A stretch of 64,000 nt of DNA from a virus: positions 19,430-83,429 of IMG/VR virus record IMGVR_UViG_3300046694_000202, one strand, 5' to 3'. The position numbers were made by a program, and so were the translations under genes. The notes under the pieces are model-generated. The model was not told the DNA's origin, did no database searches, and saw nothing but the letters and a program-made list of their open reading frames with translations. Positions 8,371-17,924 of the stretch are shown here, in pieces. The number at the start of each line of letters is the position of its first letter. The stretch's first letter is position 1.

Positions 8371-8739
8371 ATGATCCACACCGACTCCAGCCTGCAGATC
8401 CTGCGGGCCATCACCACCGGCCGCGACCGCTTCACAGTCAGCACCGAAGACCTAACCGCCTACTTCCGCACCAACCCCCGCGAGTGGTTCGGGCGCAGCT
8501 ACACCGCCCTCACCCTCGCCGACATCGTGGTGCCGATCGGCAAGCGGGGCCACGGCCTGTTCTCGAACCTGATCCTCGAAACCGAATTCGTCGCCCAGGC
8601 CTGCCGCTTCGAGGCGGTCCTCATCGAGAACGCCCGCGACAGCCTCGTGAAGCCGCTCACGAAGCGCGGCTACATGCTCCGCACCCGCGGCTATCTCCTC
8701 GCCGGAGGCGGAATCGATTTGCTCAAGGAGATCAAGTAA
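8371..8739 (+). CDS. GNAT-like acetyltransferase
   Basis: Acetyl-CoA-binding motif A-like LADIVVP-x2-KRGHGLFSNLI and C-terminal LxKRGY. Confidence 0.5.
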   Translation: MIHTDSSLQILRAITTGRDRFTVSTEDLTAYFRTNPREWFGRSYTALTLADIVVPIGKRGHGLFSNLILETEFVAQACRFEAVLIENARDSLVKPLTKRGYMLRTRGYLLAGGGIDLLKEIK

Positions 8740-9302
8740 TGCCCATGAAACCCCTGCCCCGAGATGAGTTCACTGTCGCAATGGCGCGCGAGTGGTTCGC
8801 CTATGACTCCAGCGCCGGCTGCGTCATCCGAATCAAGAATCCAAAGAGGGGAAAGAAGACTGCGGGAGAGAGAGCTGGGTGTCTGCACAAAGCCTCGGGA
8901 TTCTTCCGAGTGGCCTTCCAAGGCCTCAACGTCTATGAGCACCACCTAGTCTGGGCACTCTGCAAGGGGTACTGGTCTCCTTTCCCTCTGAGACACAGAG
9001 ATGACAACCCGACAAATAACCGTATCGAGAATCTGGTTGAAGATACAAATGCCGGAATTGGTTACAACGAGTTACAAACTCCTTCCGATTCTTACCCAGA
9101 ATCAATGTCTGGAGTGGTCGCTGTAAAGAGCGGGAGATTCAGGGCACAAATTTTCAGAGAAAAATTAAGGTACCTTGGTACCTACGACACCCCTGCGGAG
9201 GCCCACGCAGCTTACGTTCGGGCCAAACAAGTACTCCACAGTCCTCTTAATGTTGGGAAACCAACTGAAGAACTGCTCTCTCAGCTGTTGAATGTTTCAT
9301 AA
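8739..9302 (+). CDS. HNH homing endonuclease with AP2-like DNA-binding C-terminus
   Basis: HHLVW...HRDDNPTNNRIENL; C-terminal FRAQI...YLGTYDTPAEAHAAY; lower GC than flanks. Confidence 0.85.
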   Translation: MPMKPLPRDEFTVAMAREWFAYDSSAGCVIRIKNPKRGKKTAGERAGCLHKASGFFRVAFQGLNVYEHHLVWALCKGYWSPFPLRHRDDNPTNNRIENLVEDTNAGIGYNELQTPSDSYPESMSGVVAVKSGRFRAQIFREKLRYLGTYDTPAEAHAAYVRAKQVLHSPLNVGKPTEELLSQLLNVS

Positions 9303-9377
9303 GCTTCATATGAGACTGACATTTCAGTGTTGAGTGTTGTCAAATTGCTAACAAGAGAGAGATTTGGCAGTTGAGAG

Positions 9378-9406
9378 TTGCTAACACAAAGTTGAGTGTG
9401 TATATT
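9378..9406 (+). promoter_or_regulatory. sigma70-type promoter for the candidate sRNA
   Basis: TTGCTA-17 nt-TATATT; no sizeable ORF before the next terminator. Confidence 0.6.
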
Positions 9407-9412
9407 TCGCAT

Positions 9413-9580
9413 CAATGCTTCGTGATCTGTGGTGGTGAGCGAAGCGCCTTGCAGCGGCCTCTAGGTCCACAAGGTCAAGATAGAAAGGTGGCCAGCCTGA
9501 CTATCGGTCCCGATCCAGGGATATGTTTTGATCCGTAGAAGTGATAAAAGCCCCGATGACTAGCTATCATCGGGGCTTTT
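9413..9580 (+). ncRNA. Candidate ~165-nt phage small RNA
   Basis: Bounded by a promoter and an intrinsic terminator; 5' hairpin GCTTCG/CGAAGC enclosing TGTGGTGGTGA; complementary to phage leaders (see findings). Confidence 0.45.
9546..9580. terminator. Bidirectional intrinsic terminator
   Basis: AAAAGCCCCGATGA-ctagcta-TCATCGGGGCTTTT between convergent units. Confidence 0.9.
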
Positions 9581-9628
9581 CCCATTCCAACTGTCAATAG
9601 TCTCGCTCTTTGTTGAATATTTGTAGAG

Positions 9629-12148
9629 CTAGACGGTGCTCAGCTGCTCTCCAGAAGGGGCTGCTTTCGTATTCGACGACCCCGTCACGCCCGCAAGAAT
9701 GAGATTTTCGTAGGTTATCTCCTGTCCCCCCATCTCCGTGCCTCTGATTGAAAGCTTGAATCCGAACTCTGTAGCCAGCTCCCGCATCTTGGCTCTGAAC
9801 TGAGTCGATCCAACAGGCCTGGCACTGCCCGGTCCTACGCAGAAGGACCAATATGCCTGATAGAGCTTCACCTCCTGAACTGAGGTGAGGGTTGAAGTCT
9901 TCGCGCCAGCGGACGACGGATTTTGGAGAGGGGCTATCCGCACCTTGCCGCTCTCCATCAGAAAAAAACGTACAGAATTGTTCAGATTCGCCACTTCACG
10001 CATTGTTTGCGCGTGCGACGCGGGAATCGTGTACTCGTTGCGCGCCCGCAGCCGGGGCATCGACTGCACCGCCCAAGCAACGATCGCTTCGCGCTCCTCA
10101 ACCACGATCACATCACCGAGATCGAGCCTGCGCTCACTGGCCTTCACCGGACGGTTAAATTGGAGCACCAACCATCGACGGTTAAATCCCTCGGATGTGT
10201 CCTCAGTCCTCGGATAATGGTTCGATGCGAACCAATGCGTGCAGACGGGGGAGAAACGGAAGATCTGTCCACCCTTCAGCTGCCCTGACATCTCAGCTCC
10301 GTCGATGATGTCCTTGAATCTTTGGCCATCCACAGCCTTCTTTTCAGAAAGCTCACCCGCGACGTTGATGATTTTCTCGAACATTTGGGTCGGCAGGAAC
10401 TTGTCTGCCCACTCATTAGGCGGCACCGCTGCCCGAGCTGAGTCCGGAACCAGCGCTTGAGCGATCTTCAGCAGCTGTGATTTCCCAGATTTTGGGGCAC
10501 CTTGCAGCAAAATCGCACGTTGATAGCGAGGTCCGAGGCCGAAAAGCGTGACCGCGAGGGCTTCCTGCAGAGCTGCGATCTTCTCCTCGCAGTCGTCATC
10601 ATCACCCCAACTTTTCCGCAGAAACTCGAAAAACATGTCACTTTTACCCGCAGTTTCGGGCAAATACCGGAACGGCAGCGTGTAAGTCATGCCATAACCG
10701 GAGTCGTGCGGCAGCAATTTCAGGTCTTCCGTGAGGAAACCATTGGCGAAATTCACGCCTTTCACGTCGATCGTCTTGATGCCTTGGGTCAACAGCATCC
10801 GCATGACCGCGTAGACACCCTTCATGTCGTTGAACTTCTTGCACGCAGCCAGATGGCCGTAGTCGGAGCTGATCTTCGACAGGATGAACTGGTCGTCGAC
10901 CTTGTCCCAGTGTGACCCCGCCCACTTCCAGATGAAGCCATTGTGGGCACGGATGGCATACAGCGCCTCCAGATCCTTGATCGCCGCGCGTGCGATCTCC
11001 GACTGGTCCTGGCCCTTGATGTCGCCCATGCGCAGCTCTTTCACGCGCGAGCGCAACGTCCCCACCTTCACGCCCATACCACCCGAGAGCGCGATGAACT
11101 CAAGCAACCGGTCCTCTTCGAGCTTATTGAGGTTCGACGTGGTCGCCACCTTGAAGAGCGCCTTGTCGATCGCAGCCGCGCGCTGCGGGCTGTCCTTCGG
11201 GAAGCGCTCGAACTCGTCGATCAGGAACGACTTCAAGTCCTCGAACGTGGCCTCTTCCTGCTCTTTCGAAAACTCAAGACCATAGGCCTTCTTGTCTTCA
11301 TCGGTCAGGCCCTCGTCCCAGCCAGTCGGCAACACCTTCGCCTTCTCAAACACGTCACGCTGCAGGAACTTGAGCATGTTGCGCACGTGCTTGTCGATAT
11401 CGATCGGGTCTCCCGCGACGTTCTCGACGAAGTCCGCGGCGTAGGCCTGCAGCATCCCGATCGCTTCCTTCACGCTCCGATCGCCGCGCATCACCGCGTA
11501 CGCGAAGAGGCCCGCGCGCTCGGTCAGCGACGTGTCGCGCGAACCAGCGGATGCGTAATCGACCACGCGCGTCCAACCCGAGTGCGACAGCTCGACGCCG
11601 GCCTCGGTGAGCGCCGCGCGCAACATCGCCTCGATGTTGTCATCGAGCGGCACCAGATTCTTGTGAACGTCCACCAGATCGCAGTTCGCCAGATACGGCT
11701 GCATCGTGTCGGGGTGGATCGAGGGCGGCAGCACGGACTGCGTGCGCGCGGAGAGCATTTCGCAGATCGTCTGGCCGCTCGTGTTCTTGATCCGGAACGT
11801 CTTCAGGCCCGAGTAGCGGTAAGCGAGCATGAAGCCCTTCTTGCCGACGCGGCGCCACGGCGAGCGCGGCAGCAGCTGCTCGATGACGTTCATCAGCTTC
11901 ACGTCTTCCGTGTCGATGTCCATCATCACGATGCCGGACTGCGGCCCGAGCACGATGCCGATGTTCCCGTCGCGGCACGACTCAATCCACTGTGCCTGCT
12001 GCTCGGGTTCGACCGGATGATCGAAATAGCGCGACCAGTCGTTCGGGACTGGCTTCTTTTCCATCGGATAAAGCGGGATCACTGGCAGGCCCGCCGCGTA
12101 ATAGCGCGGCGCTGTCAGTGCAAAGATAGGTTGGCGTTCGGCTTTCAT
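9629..12148 (-). CDS. Bifunctional primase-polymerase fused to D5-like SF3 helicase
   Basis: N-terminal Prim-Pol (VIPL..KKP, NIGIVLG, DID, PPSIHP), PriCT-like GSRD, Walker A GAPKSGKS, Walker B region INVAGEL, motif C ASNHYP, RRW. Confidence 0.9.
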   Translation of the reverse strand: MKAERQPIFALTAPRYYAAGLPVIPLYPMEKKPVPNDWSRYFDHPVEPEQQAQWIESCRDGNIGIVLGPQSGIVMMDIDTEDVKLMNVIEQLLPRSPWRRVGKKGFMLAYRYSGLKTFRIKNTSGQTICEMLSARTQSVLPPSIHPDTMQPYLANCDLVDVHKNLVPLDDNIEAMLRAALTEAGVELSHSGWTRVVDYASAGSRDTSLTERAGLFAYAVMRGDRSVKEAIGMLQAYAADFVENVAGDPIDIDKHVRNMLKFLQRDVFEKAKVLPTGWDEGLTDEDKKAYGLEFSKEQEEATFEDLKSFLIDEFERFPKDSPQRAAAIDKALFKVATTSNLNKLEEDRLLEFIALSGGMGVKVGTLRSRVKELRMGDIKGQDQSEIARAAIKDLEALYAIRAHNGFIWKWAGSHWDKVDDQFILSKISSDYGHLAACKKFNDMKGVYAVMRMLLTQGIKTIDVKGVNFANGFLTEDLKLLPHDSGYGMTYTLPFRYLPETAGKSDMFFEFLRKSWGDDDDCEEKIAALQEALAVTLFGLGPRYQRAILLQGAPKSGKSQLLKIAQALVPDSARAAVPPNEWADKFLPTQMFEKIINVAGELSEKKAVDGQRFKDIIDGAEMSGQLKGGQIFRFSPVCTHWFASNHYPRTEDTSEGFNRRWLVLQFNRPVKASERRLDLGDVIVVEEREAIVAWAVQSMPRLRARNEYTIPASHAQTMREVANLNNSVRFFLMESGKVRIAPLQNPSSAGAKTSTLTSVQEVKLYQAYWSFCVGPGSARPVGSTQFRAKMRELATEFGFKLSIRGTEMGGQEITYENLILAGVTGSSNTKAAPSGEQLSTV

Positions 12149-12690
12149 GCGTTTTCGTCGGTGGTGGTAGCAGTCGCGCCATCGTCGGACATGTCCTGAC
12201 GGGCCAGGGCGCTTCTAAGTCGATCCATTACCTCGGTGCGCTGGTCAGGCGTCATCGAGTCCTCCATGATCGCGAGCACGGTGTCCTGGAAGCCCTTGAT
12301 CTGCTTGACTCCCAGTGCTCGCTCTCGCGCCGTCACAAGCCGTTCGAGAAGACTGGTCGCCGTGCGGAAATACGCCATGCGCTCAGTTTGATCCGACTTC
12401 CCGATCGTCTTGCCATAATCTTTCAGCTCTTGAAACACGCCGTATAGATCCTCAGCCAGCGTGTTGTCGATCTCATCCTCTGAAATCGGGGATGACTCTG
12501 TATTTTCCTGCTTGTTCTCGCTCGTATCGAGCCTCATCCAGATCGAGTCCTGGATCAACTTCTTGAGTTGATCGTCATAAGGACAATCCGGACTCTTAAG
12601 GTAATTGCTGTCCTCACGAGCCAACGTGACGACTGTCTTGAAGGCCCACTGCGCGTGGTCCGTGATATCCGGATAGTGGTACTCGCTCAT
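12145..12690 (-). CDS. Hypothetical helical protein (possible terminase small subunit)
   Basis: 181 aa, AGAGG RBS, divergent from the large terminase and coupled to the primase. Confidence 0.6.
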   Translation of the reverse strand: MSEYHYPDITDHAQWAFKTVVTLAREDSNYLKSPDCPYDDQLKKLIQDSIWMRLDTSENKQENTESSPISEDEIDNTLAEDLYGVFQELKDYGKTIGKSDQTERMAYFRTATSLLERLVTARERALGVKQIKGFQDTVLAIMEDSMTPDQRTEVMDRLRSALARQDMSDDGATATTTDENA

Positions 12691-12855
12691 GCTGTGCCTC
12701 TTTGAAAGAGGGCAAGAATAGCGTCTGTTGTCCCACATAAAAAAGGAAATCAACACAACTATCAGATAAAGGACCGTAAATATCGTCTAGTCAGTTTTCC
12801 TTTGTGTTGCGCGCACGCGTCATCGAGAATAGCGCCTGTCCAACGGCCTGCCCTC

Positions 12856-14652
12856 ATGAGCAACCAGTACCTCCAATCTCTCCTCGATCGCGCCGCAAGT
12901 CGCTGGTCTACCGACCGGGCGTCGATGACCTATGGGGATTGGATGTGCGAGAACACCCATCTCGCCGACCGGCCGTTCAGCTTCAAACGGTACCCGTTCC
13001 AGAAGCAGATCGCCGACGACATGCATCCGAACATGGACGTGGTCAAGCCATCGCAGGTCGGCCTGACCGAGCTGCAGATCCGCAAGGTGCTCGCGTTCAT
13101 CTCGCGCAATCGCGGCGTGTCGGTCATCTACACGCTGCCCGACGAGAAGATGATGGAGCGGATCGCGGCGGGCCGGATCCGCCCGATCGTCGACGAAGAG
13201 AAGGTCTTCAACCTCGAATCCATCGGCAGTGGCAAGCCCACGCGCACGAAGGAAATGATCCAGGTCGGCAAGAGCTTCCTCTACGTGACCGCTGCCGGCG
13301 AAGGCGCCGCGACCTCGATCTCGGCCGACATGGTGGTCAACGACGAAGTCGACTTGACCGATCAGGCGATCCTCGCGCTCTTCAGCTCGCGCTTGCAGGG
13401 TTCCGACTACCGGATCGCGCACCGCTTCTCGACCCCGACGTTCGAGGACTTCGGCATCGACCAGACGTTCAAGGTGAGCGACCAGCACCAGTACATGCTG
13501 AAGTGCTCGCACTGCAACCACTGGCAGACGCCGGACTTCAACAAGACGTTCGTGCAGCTCCCCGGCCTCGGCGACCTGGAGTTCGAGGAGATCGAGCAAG
13601 GGATGATCGACGAAGGCCGCATCGACCTCGATCTCGCGACGGTCAACTGCGAGCACTGCGGTGGGCTGCTGGATCTCGGCGACCACGAGCGCCGCGAGTG
13701 GGTGGCCAAGTTCCCGAACCGCAAGCACGCGCGCGGCTATCAGGTGCTCCCCTTCTCCACCGAGCGCCTGAACCCGAAGTACATCATCACCCAGCTCTTC
13801 ATGTACAAGCGCAAGGACTTCTTGCGGGGCTGGTACAACACCGTGCTCGGGCGCTCACACACAGGTGGCGACCAGCGGCTGTCGGACGCCGACATCGCCG
13901 CGGCTTTCACCGAGCACGCGCTCAAGCAGCCGCCGATCAATGGCCTGCCCGCGTGGATCGGCGTCGACATGGGCCAGACCTGCCACATCGTGGTCGGCCA
14001 AGGCTACGACGTGAGTTCGATCCACGTGCGCGAGTTCATCGCCGTACCGGTCGGGCGCCTCCTCGAAGAGCTGGGCCGCATCTGCGCGGAATACCGCGTG
14101 GTCGGCGGCGCCTGCGACCGCCACCCGTACACGCCGACCTCCGAGGCCGCGCGCGACGTGACCTATCGCCGCGTGCTGCCGAACGAATATCGCGGCGCGA
14201 AAGAGATCAACCTCGTCAAAGACCCGACTGGCCAGATCCTGTACATGCAATCGAACCGCACGATGCTGCTCGACGAGGTCGCGCGCGCCATCCGCTTGCG
14301 CAAGATCAAGTTCTCGGGCTACGGCACGCAGCGCGCGGTGATCGTCGAGCACCTGAAGGACATGGTTCGGAACGAGGAGCCGGAAAAGGAAGCCGAGTGG
14401 AAGAAGCTCAACGGCAACGACCACTACTTCCACGCCATCGGCTTCCTGTTGAGCGCCGTGAAGCTGCACACGACGAACGCCTCGGCGCTCTTCGGCGGCG
14501 AAGTGCGCAGCGTCATCGCCATTGCTGGCGCTGACATCGGATTCAACTCGACTCCGGGACTGGTTCAGACGGCGAAGCCGAAGCAAAACCCCGGTGACAC
14601 TCAACTACGACAGCTCTATGGCCACTCCCAAAACAGCATCTTCCACTTCTAA
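12856..14652 (+). CDS. terL: Terminase large subunit, lambda GpA type
   Basis: PFQ adenine motif, KPSQVGLTE Walker A variant, VVNDEVD Walker B, STPT motif, CxxC pairs, nuclease GVDMG...DHYFHA. Confidence 0.92.
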   Translation: MSNQYLQSLLDRAASRWSTDRASMTYGDWMCENTHLADRPFSFKRYPFQKQIADDMHPNMDVVKPSQVGLTELQIRKVLAFISRNRGVSVIYTLPDEKMMERIAAGRIRPIVDEEKVFNLESIGSGKPTRTKEMIQVGKSFLYVTAAGEGAATSISADMVVNDEVDLTDQAILALFSSRLQGSDYRIAHRFSTPTFEDFGIDQTFKVSDQHQYMLKCSHCNHWQTPDFNKTFVQLPGLGDLEFEEIEQGMIDEGRIDLDLATVNCEHCGGLLDLGDHERREWVAKFPNRKHARGYQVLPFSTERLNPKYIITQLFMYKRKDFLRGWYNTVLGRSHTGGDQRLSDADIAAAFTEHALKQPPINGLPAWIGVDMGQTCHIVVGQGYDVSSIHVREFIAVPVGRLLEELGRICAEYRVVGGACDRHPYTPTSEAARDVTYRRVLPNEYRGAKEINLVKDPTGQILYMQSNRTMLLDEVARAIRLRKIKFSGYGTQRAVIVEHLKDMVRNEEPEKEAEWKKLNGNDHYFHAIGFLLSAVKLHTTNASALFGGEVRSVIAIAGADIGFNSTPGLVQTAKPKQNPGDTQLRQLYGHSQNSIFHF

Positions 14653-16216
14653 GGGCATCGGCGGCGCCATCAGTTCGGCGCTCGCGATCATCCTTCCGCG
14701 CACGAAGGGAGCTGGGAAAGGCTCGTCGATGCCGGGGACGTACAACCCGAGCGCGCCCGAGCAGATCCTCTCGCTGCCAACCTACCGCGAGCACCTGACC
14801 GACATCTTCACGACGCGCTCGGCGAACGACTCGCGCACGTTGATCAAGAGCCTGTTCACGCAGGATCCGGACATGTCGGCGGCGGTGAACGCGTACCTGA
14901 CGGTGGCCAACACCGATATGGTCGCGGTCGTCCGTGACGTGAACGGGATGATCGACCGCGAGGGGCAGAAGCTCCTGAACGCGGCGATGGAAGCCTACGA
15001 CACCCGCTTCGACTATTCGAAGGGGTTCGACCTGCGCCCGTCGTGGAAGGAGCTGGCCGAGAACTTCCGCTACCTGCTGCTCGCGGGCGGCACGCTGCCG
15101 GTCGAAATGGTGCTCTCGAAGACCTTCGCGCCGCAGGAGTTCCGGATGATCGATCCGGTCACGCTCAACTGGAAGCAGACGCAACCGGGCGTGTTCGCGC
15201 CGATCCAGAAGACGACGAGCGGCGAAATCATTGACTTGAACATCCCTACGTTCTTCGTCAAGTTCTTTCGTCGTGACCCAACCAATCTGTACACCTACTC
15301 ACCTTTCGTTTCGACGATCAACACCATCGCCGCGCGACAACAAGTCATCAACGACCTGTATCGCATCATGCAGCTGACGGGTTATCCCCGTATGGAGATC
15401 GTTGTAGTCGAAGAAGTCGTGACTCGTAATGCTCCGCTTGAGATCAAGGCGGATCAGGAGAAGCTTCAAGCGTACGTGCAGCAGGTTCTCGCCTCGATCA
15501 GCTCGTCTGTCGCCAACATCCGGCCGGATCAAGCGTTCGTCCACACCGATGCTGCTGAAGTGAAGATGACGAACGAGAAGAACCCAGGCATGGCCCTGGA
15601 CATCTCGAAGATCATCGACACGCTCAACTCGCAGAACCAGGCGGGCCTGCGGATCATGGGCACGATCATCGGTCGGGGCAACGCGGGTGTGAATACGGCC
15701 TCCGTCGAGGCGCGCATTTTCTCGATGATCGCCGAAGAGCTGAACCAGCCGATCGCCGACCTCTTCTCCGACATGCTGACACTGGCCATCCGCCTGCAAG
15801 GCTCGCAGTCGTCCGTGTCCGTGAAGTTCAAGCCCGTCGAGCTGCGGCCGGCGACCGAACTCGAACCGCAGTTCACGATGCGTCAAGCGCGCCTGAAGGC
15901 TGACCTGTCGCTCGGCATCATCGACGACGACGAATACCACCTTGAGATGTACGGCCGCTTGCGTCCGGACAGCGCACCAATCCTCACCGGCACGAACTTC
16001 ATGCCAGGGACCAACGCGCAGGCTCAAGCCCAGCTTGATCAGCAAACCGCCGCGGCGAGCGCGGCTGTGGGCGATCAGAACAACTCGAACAGCACGACGA
16101 GCAAGAACAATCCGTCGTCGAACGCGAAGAAGGTCTCGCCCAATTCTGACCCGATGGGACGCTCGCTTTCACCGAGTGGTTCGAAGTCCGCATCAAGCAA
16201 CGGTGTGAAGCCTTAA
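14618..16216 (+). CDS. Portal protein
   Basis: 532 aa directly after TerL, low-complexity C-terminal tail; assigned by position. Confidence 0.8.
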   Translation: MATPKTASSTSKGIGGAISSALAIILPRTKGAGKGSSMPGTYNPSAPEQILSLPTYREHLTDIFTTRSANDSRTLIKSLFTQDPDMSAAVNAYLTVANTDMVAVVRDVNGMIDREGQKLLNAAMEAYDTRFDYSKGFDLRPSWKELAENFRYLLLAGGTLPVEMVLSKTFAPQEFRMIDPVTLNWKQTQPGVFAPIQKTTSGEIIDLNIPTFFVKFFRRDPTNLYTYSPFVSTINTIAARQQVINDLYRIMQLTGYPRMEIVVVEEVVTRNAPLEIKADQEKLQAYVQQVLASISSSVANIRPDQAFVHTDAAEVKMTNEKNPGMALDISKIIDTLNSQNQAGLRIMGTIIGRGNAGVNTASVEARIFSMIAEELNQPIADLFSDMLTLAIRLQGSQSSVSVKFKPVELRPATELEPQFTMRQARLKADLSLGIIDDDEYHLEMYGRLRPDSAPILTGTNFMPGTNAQAQAQLDQQTAAASAAVGDQNNSNSTTSKNNPSSNAKKVSPNSDPMGRSLSPSGSKSASSNGVKP

Positions 16217-16223
16217 AAACTCT

Positions 16224-16252
16224 TTGACTCTCGTGTAGCCCGTCGAAATAAT
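16224..16252 (+). promoter_or_regulatory. Late promoter candidate overlapping an inverted repeat
   Basis: TTGACT-17-AATAAT; GTAGCCCGT/ACGGGCTAC arms flank the -10. Confidence 0.5.
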
Positions 16253-16293
16253 ACGGGCTACTTAAACCAGCCCGTCTCAACAGCACCACCACC

Positions 16294-17427
16294 ATGCCGA
16301 AGAGCGTAGTCATCACACCGAGGATTCAAGCCCTCATCGCCCAGAACAACGGCGGGGAGTCGGTCGATCTGAATTCGATCGGGGTGTTCGAGGCGTCGGT
16401 GCTGAACACGCGCGCGCTGTCGAAGCCGGGATCGATTTTCGACAAGGGTCAAGTGAGCGTTGCGACGCTCAACGAGATGGCGACGTACCTGAATAGCGGT
16501 GGATTCGTCCCGCTCCAGACGTTGCACCCGATGGGTGACGAGCTGCCGATCGGCCGCTTCTTCCACGGCCAAGTCATGCCGTCCACGCTCGGCGACGGTT
16601 CGAGCGAGCTGGTTTGCCTCTTCTACCTGCCGAAGTCCGATGCGAACTTCGAGAAGCTGGATCAGGGAATCATCGACGAAGTCAGCGTCGGTGTTGTGGC
16701 TCAGCACCTGAACTGCTCCCAGTGCAACTGGGATTTCATGGGCGCGGACGCGACCACTGAGAACTTCTGGGACCGCACGTGCGCCAACGGCCACGTGCTC
16801 GGCGTCGACGGCGTCCACCTTGCCCTCAACGGCCTCGACCGCTGGACGGAAACGTCGCTGGTCTCGAAGGGCGCCGCGAACAACGCAAAGATTCTGGGGC
16901 GCGCGAAGCAGCGCCTTGGACAAGAGCAGTACGACCGCTTGGCAGCTTCGGGCGTTGCACCCGAGCAGAAAATGTTGATTGCCACCACCACAGATACCCC
17001 TCGGAGCCTGAAGATGGACAAGGAATTGAAAGAACTGATCGAGCAAGCCGCCGAACTCAAGGCCGATGCAAAGCATCACGGCCTCGTGCTGACGGCCAAG
17101 GACACGGAAATCACCGCGCTCAAGGCATCGGTCGAAGCGAAGGACGCAGAGATCGCCACGCTCAAGGCTGGCACGGAGCTGGCAGCAGCGACCGCCCAGC
17201 TGGCTGCAGTTCAAGGTCAAGTCACCACGCTGACCGAAGCAAAAGACACCGCCGAAACCGCGCTGACAGCTGCACAAGCTGAACTCGCGACGGCTCAAGC
17301 GCAGATCGCAACGCTGCAAGCAGGCGCCGGCAACGGTGGCAAGGCTCAAGGCGCGGCGAATGCAGACGTGAAGCTCGGACAAGCCTCGCCGTCGTCGGCG
17401 TTCAAGGCTGCACCGCGCGCACGCTAA
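16294..17427 (+). CDS. Prohead protease/scaffold fusion
   Basis: N-terminal H...PIGR...EVSVG...ETSLV (herpes/HK97-type protease pattern) plus Ala-rich coiled-coil C-terminus. Confidence 0.75.
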   Translation: MPKSVVITPRIQALIAQNNGGESVDLNSIGVFEASVLNTRALSKPGSIFDKGQVSVATLNEMATYLNSGGFVPLQTLHPMGDELPIGRFFHGQVMPSTLGDGSSELVCLFYLPKSDANFEKLDQGIIDEVSVGVVAQHLNCSQCNWDFMGADATTENFWDRTCANGHVLGVDGVHLALNGLDRWTETSLVSKGAANNAKILGRAKQRLGQEQYDRLAASGVAPEQKMLIATTTDTPRSLKMDKELKELIEQAAELKADAKHHGLVLTAKDTEITALKASVEAKDAEIATLKAGTELAAATAQLAAVQGQVTTLTEAKDTAETALTAAQAELATAQAQIATLQAGAGNGGKAQGAANADVKLGQASPSSAFKAAPRAR

Positions 17428-17448
17428 TCCGCAACCCGAGAGGAAAGA

Positions 17449-17853
17449 ATGGCAAACGTAATTGGTAATGGCGTAAGTCTCCGTGGTCTCTACCATGACG
17501 ACTTCCAATACCCGTTCCTGCTCGCCGCTGGTATCACCAAGGCCGATCAAGGCAAAGCCGTTGCTCTCGATGCGACGGCTGCGAACACGGTGAAGCTGGC
17601 TGGCGACGGAGACCGGATCATTGGTCGGCTGGAAGTGGTTGAAAACCGCGTTCAGGAAGGCATCAACATCGGCACGGTCTCGATTCAAGGTGGTCTCGAC
17701 TACCCGGTCAAGGTCGGCGAAGCGCTCGTCAACGGCGATAGCCTCGTCGGTTCGGCGGGTGGTCTCGTCAAGAAGGCCGGCGCAGGCGTGCTCACGAACT
17801 GGGTGGTCGTTCAGGTTCTCACGAACGGCAACGCAGTCGCGATCAAAGGCTAA
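17449..17853 (+). CDS. Head decoration/cement protein
   Basis: 134 aa, Gly-rich beta protein between scaffold and capsid. Confidence 0.7.
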   Translation: MANVIGNGVSLRGLYHDDFQYPFLLAAGITKADQGKAVALDATAANTVKLAGDGDRIIGRLEVVENRVQEGINIGTVSIQGGLDYPVKVGEALVNGDSLVGSAGGLVKKAGAGVLTNWVVVQVLTNGNAVAIKG

Positions 17854-17924
17854 AGAAGCTCCGCAGCCCTGTCCACCACCAGGGCTGTTGAGCGGTTTCA
17901 CAACACCACCACACGGATCAGAAC

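Noticed and set aside
9415-9438. MLRDLWW mini-ORF as a trp attenuator leader
   Set aside because: No RBS and no downstream biosynthetic genes; the TGGTGG is better explained as the candidate sRNA seed.
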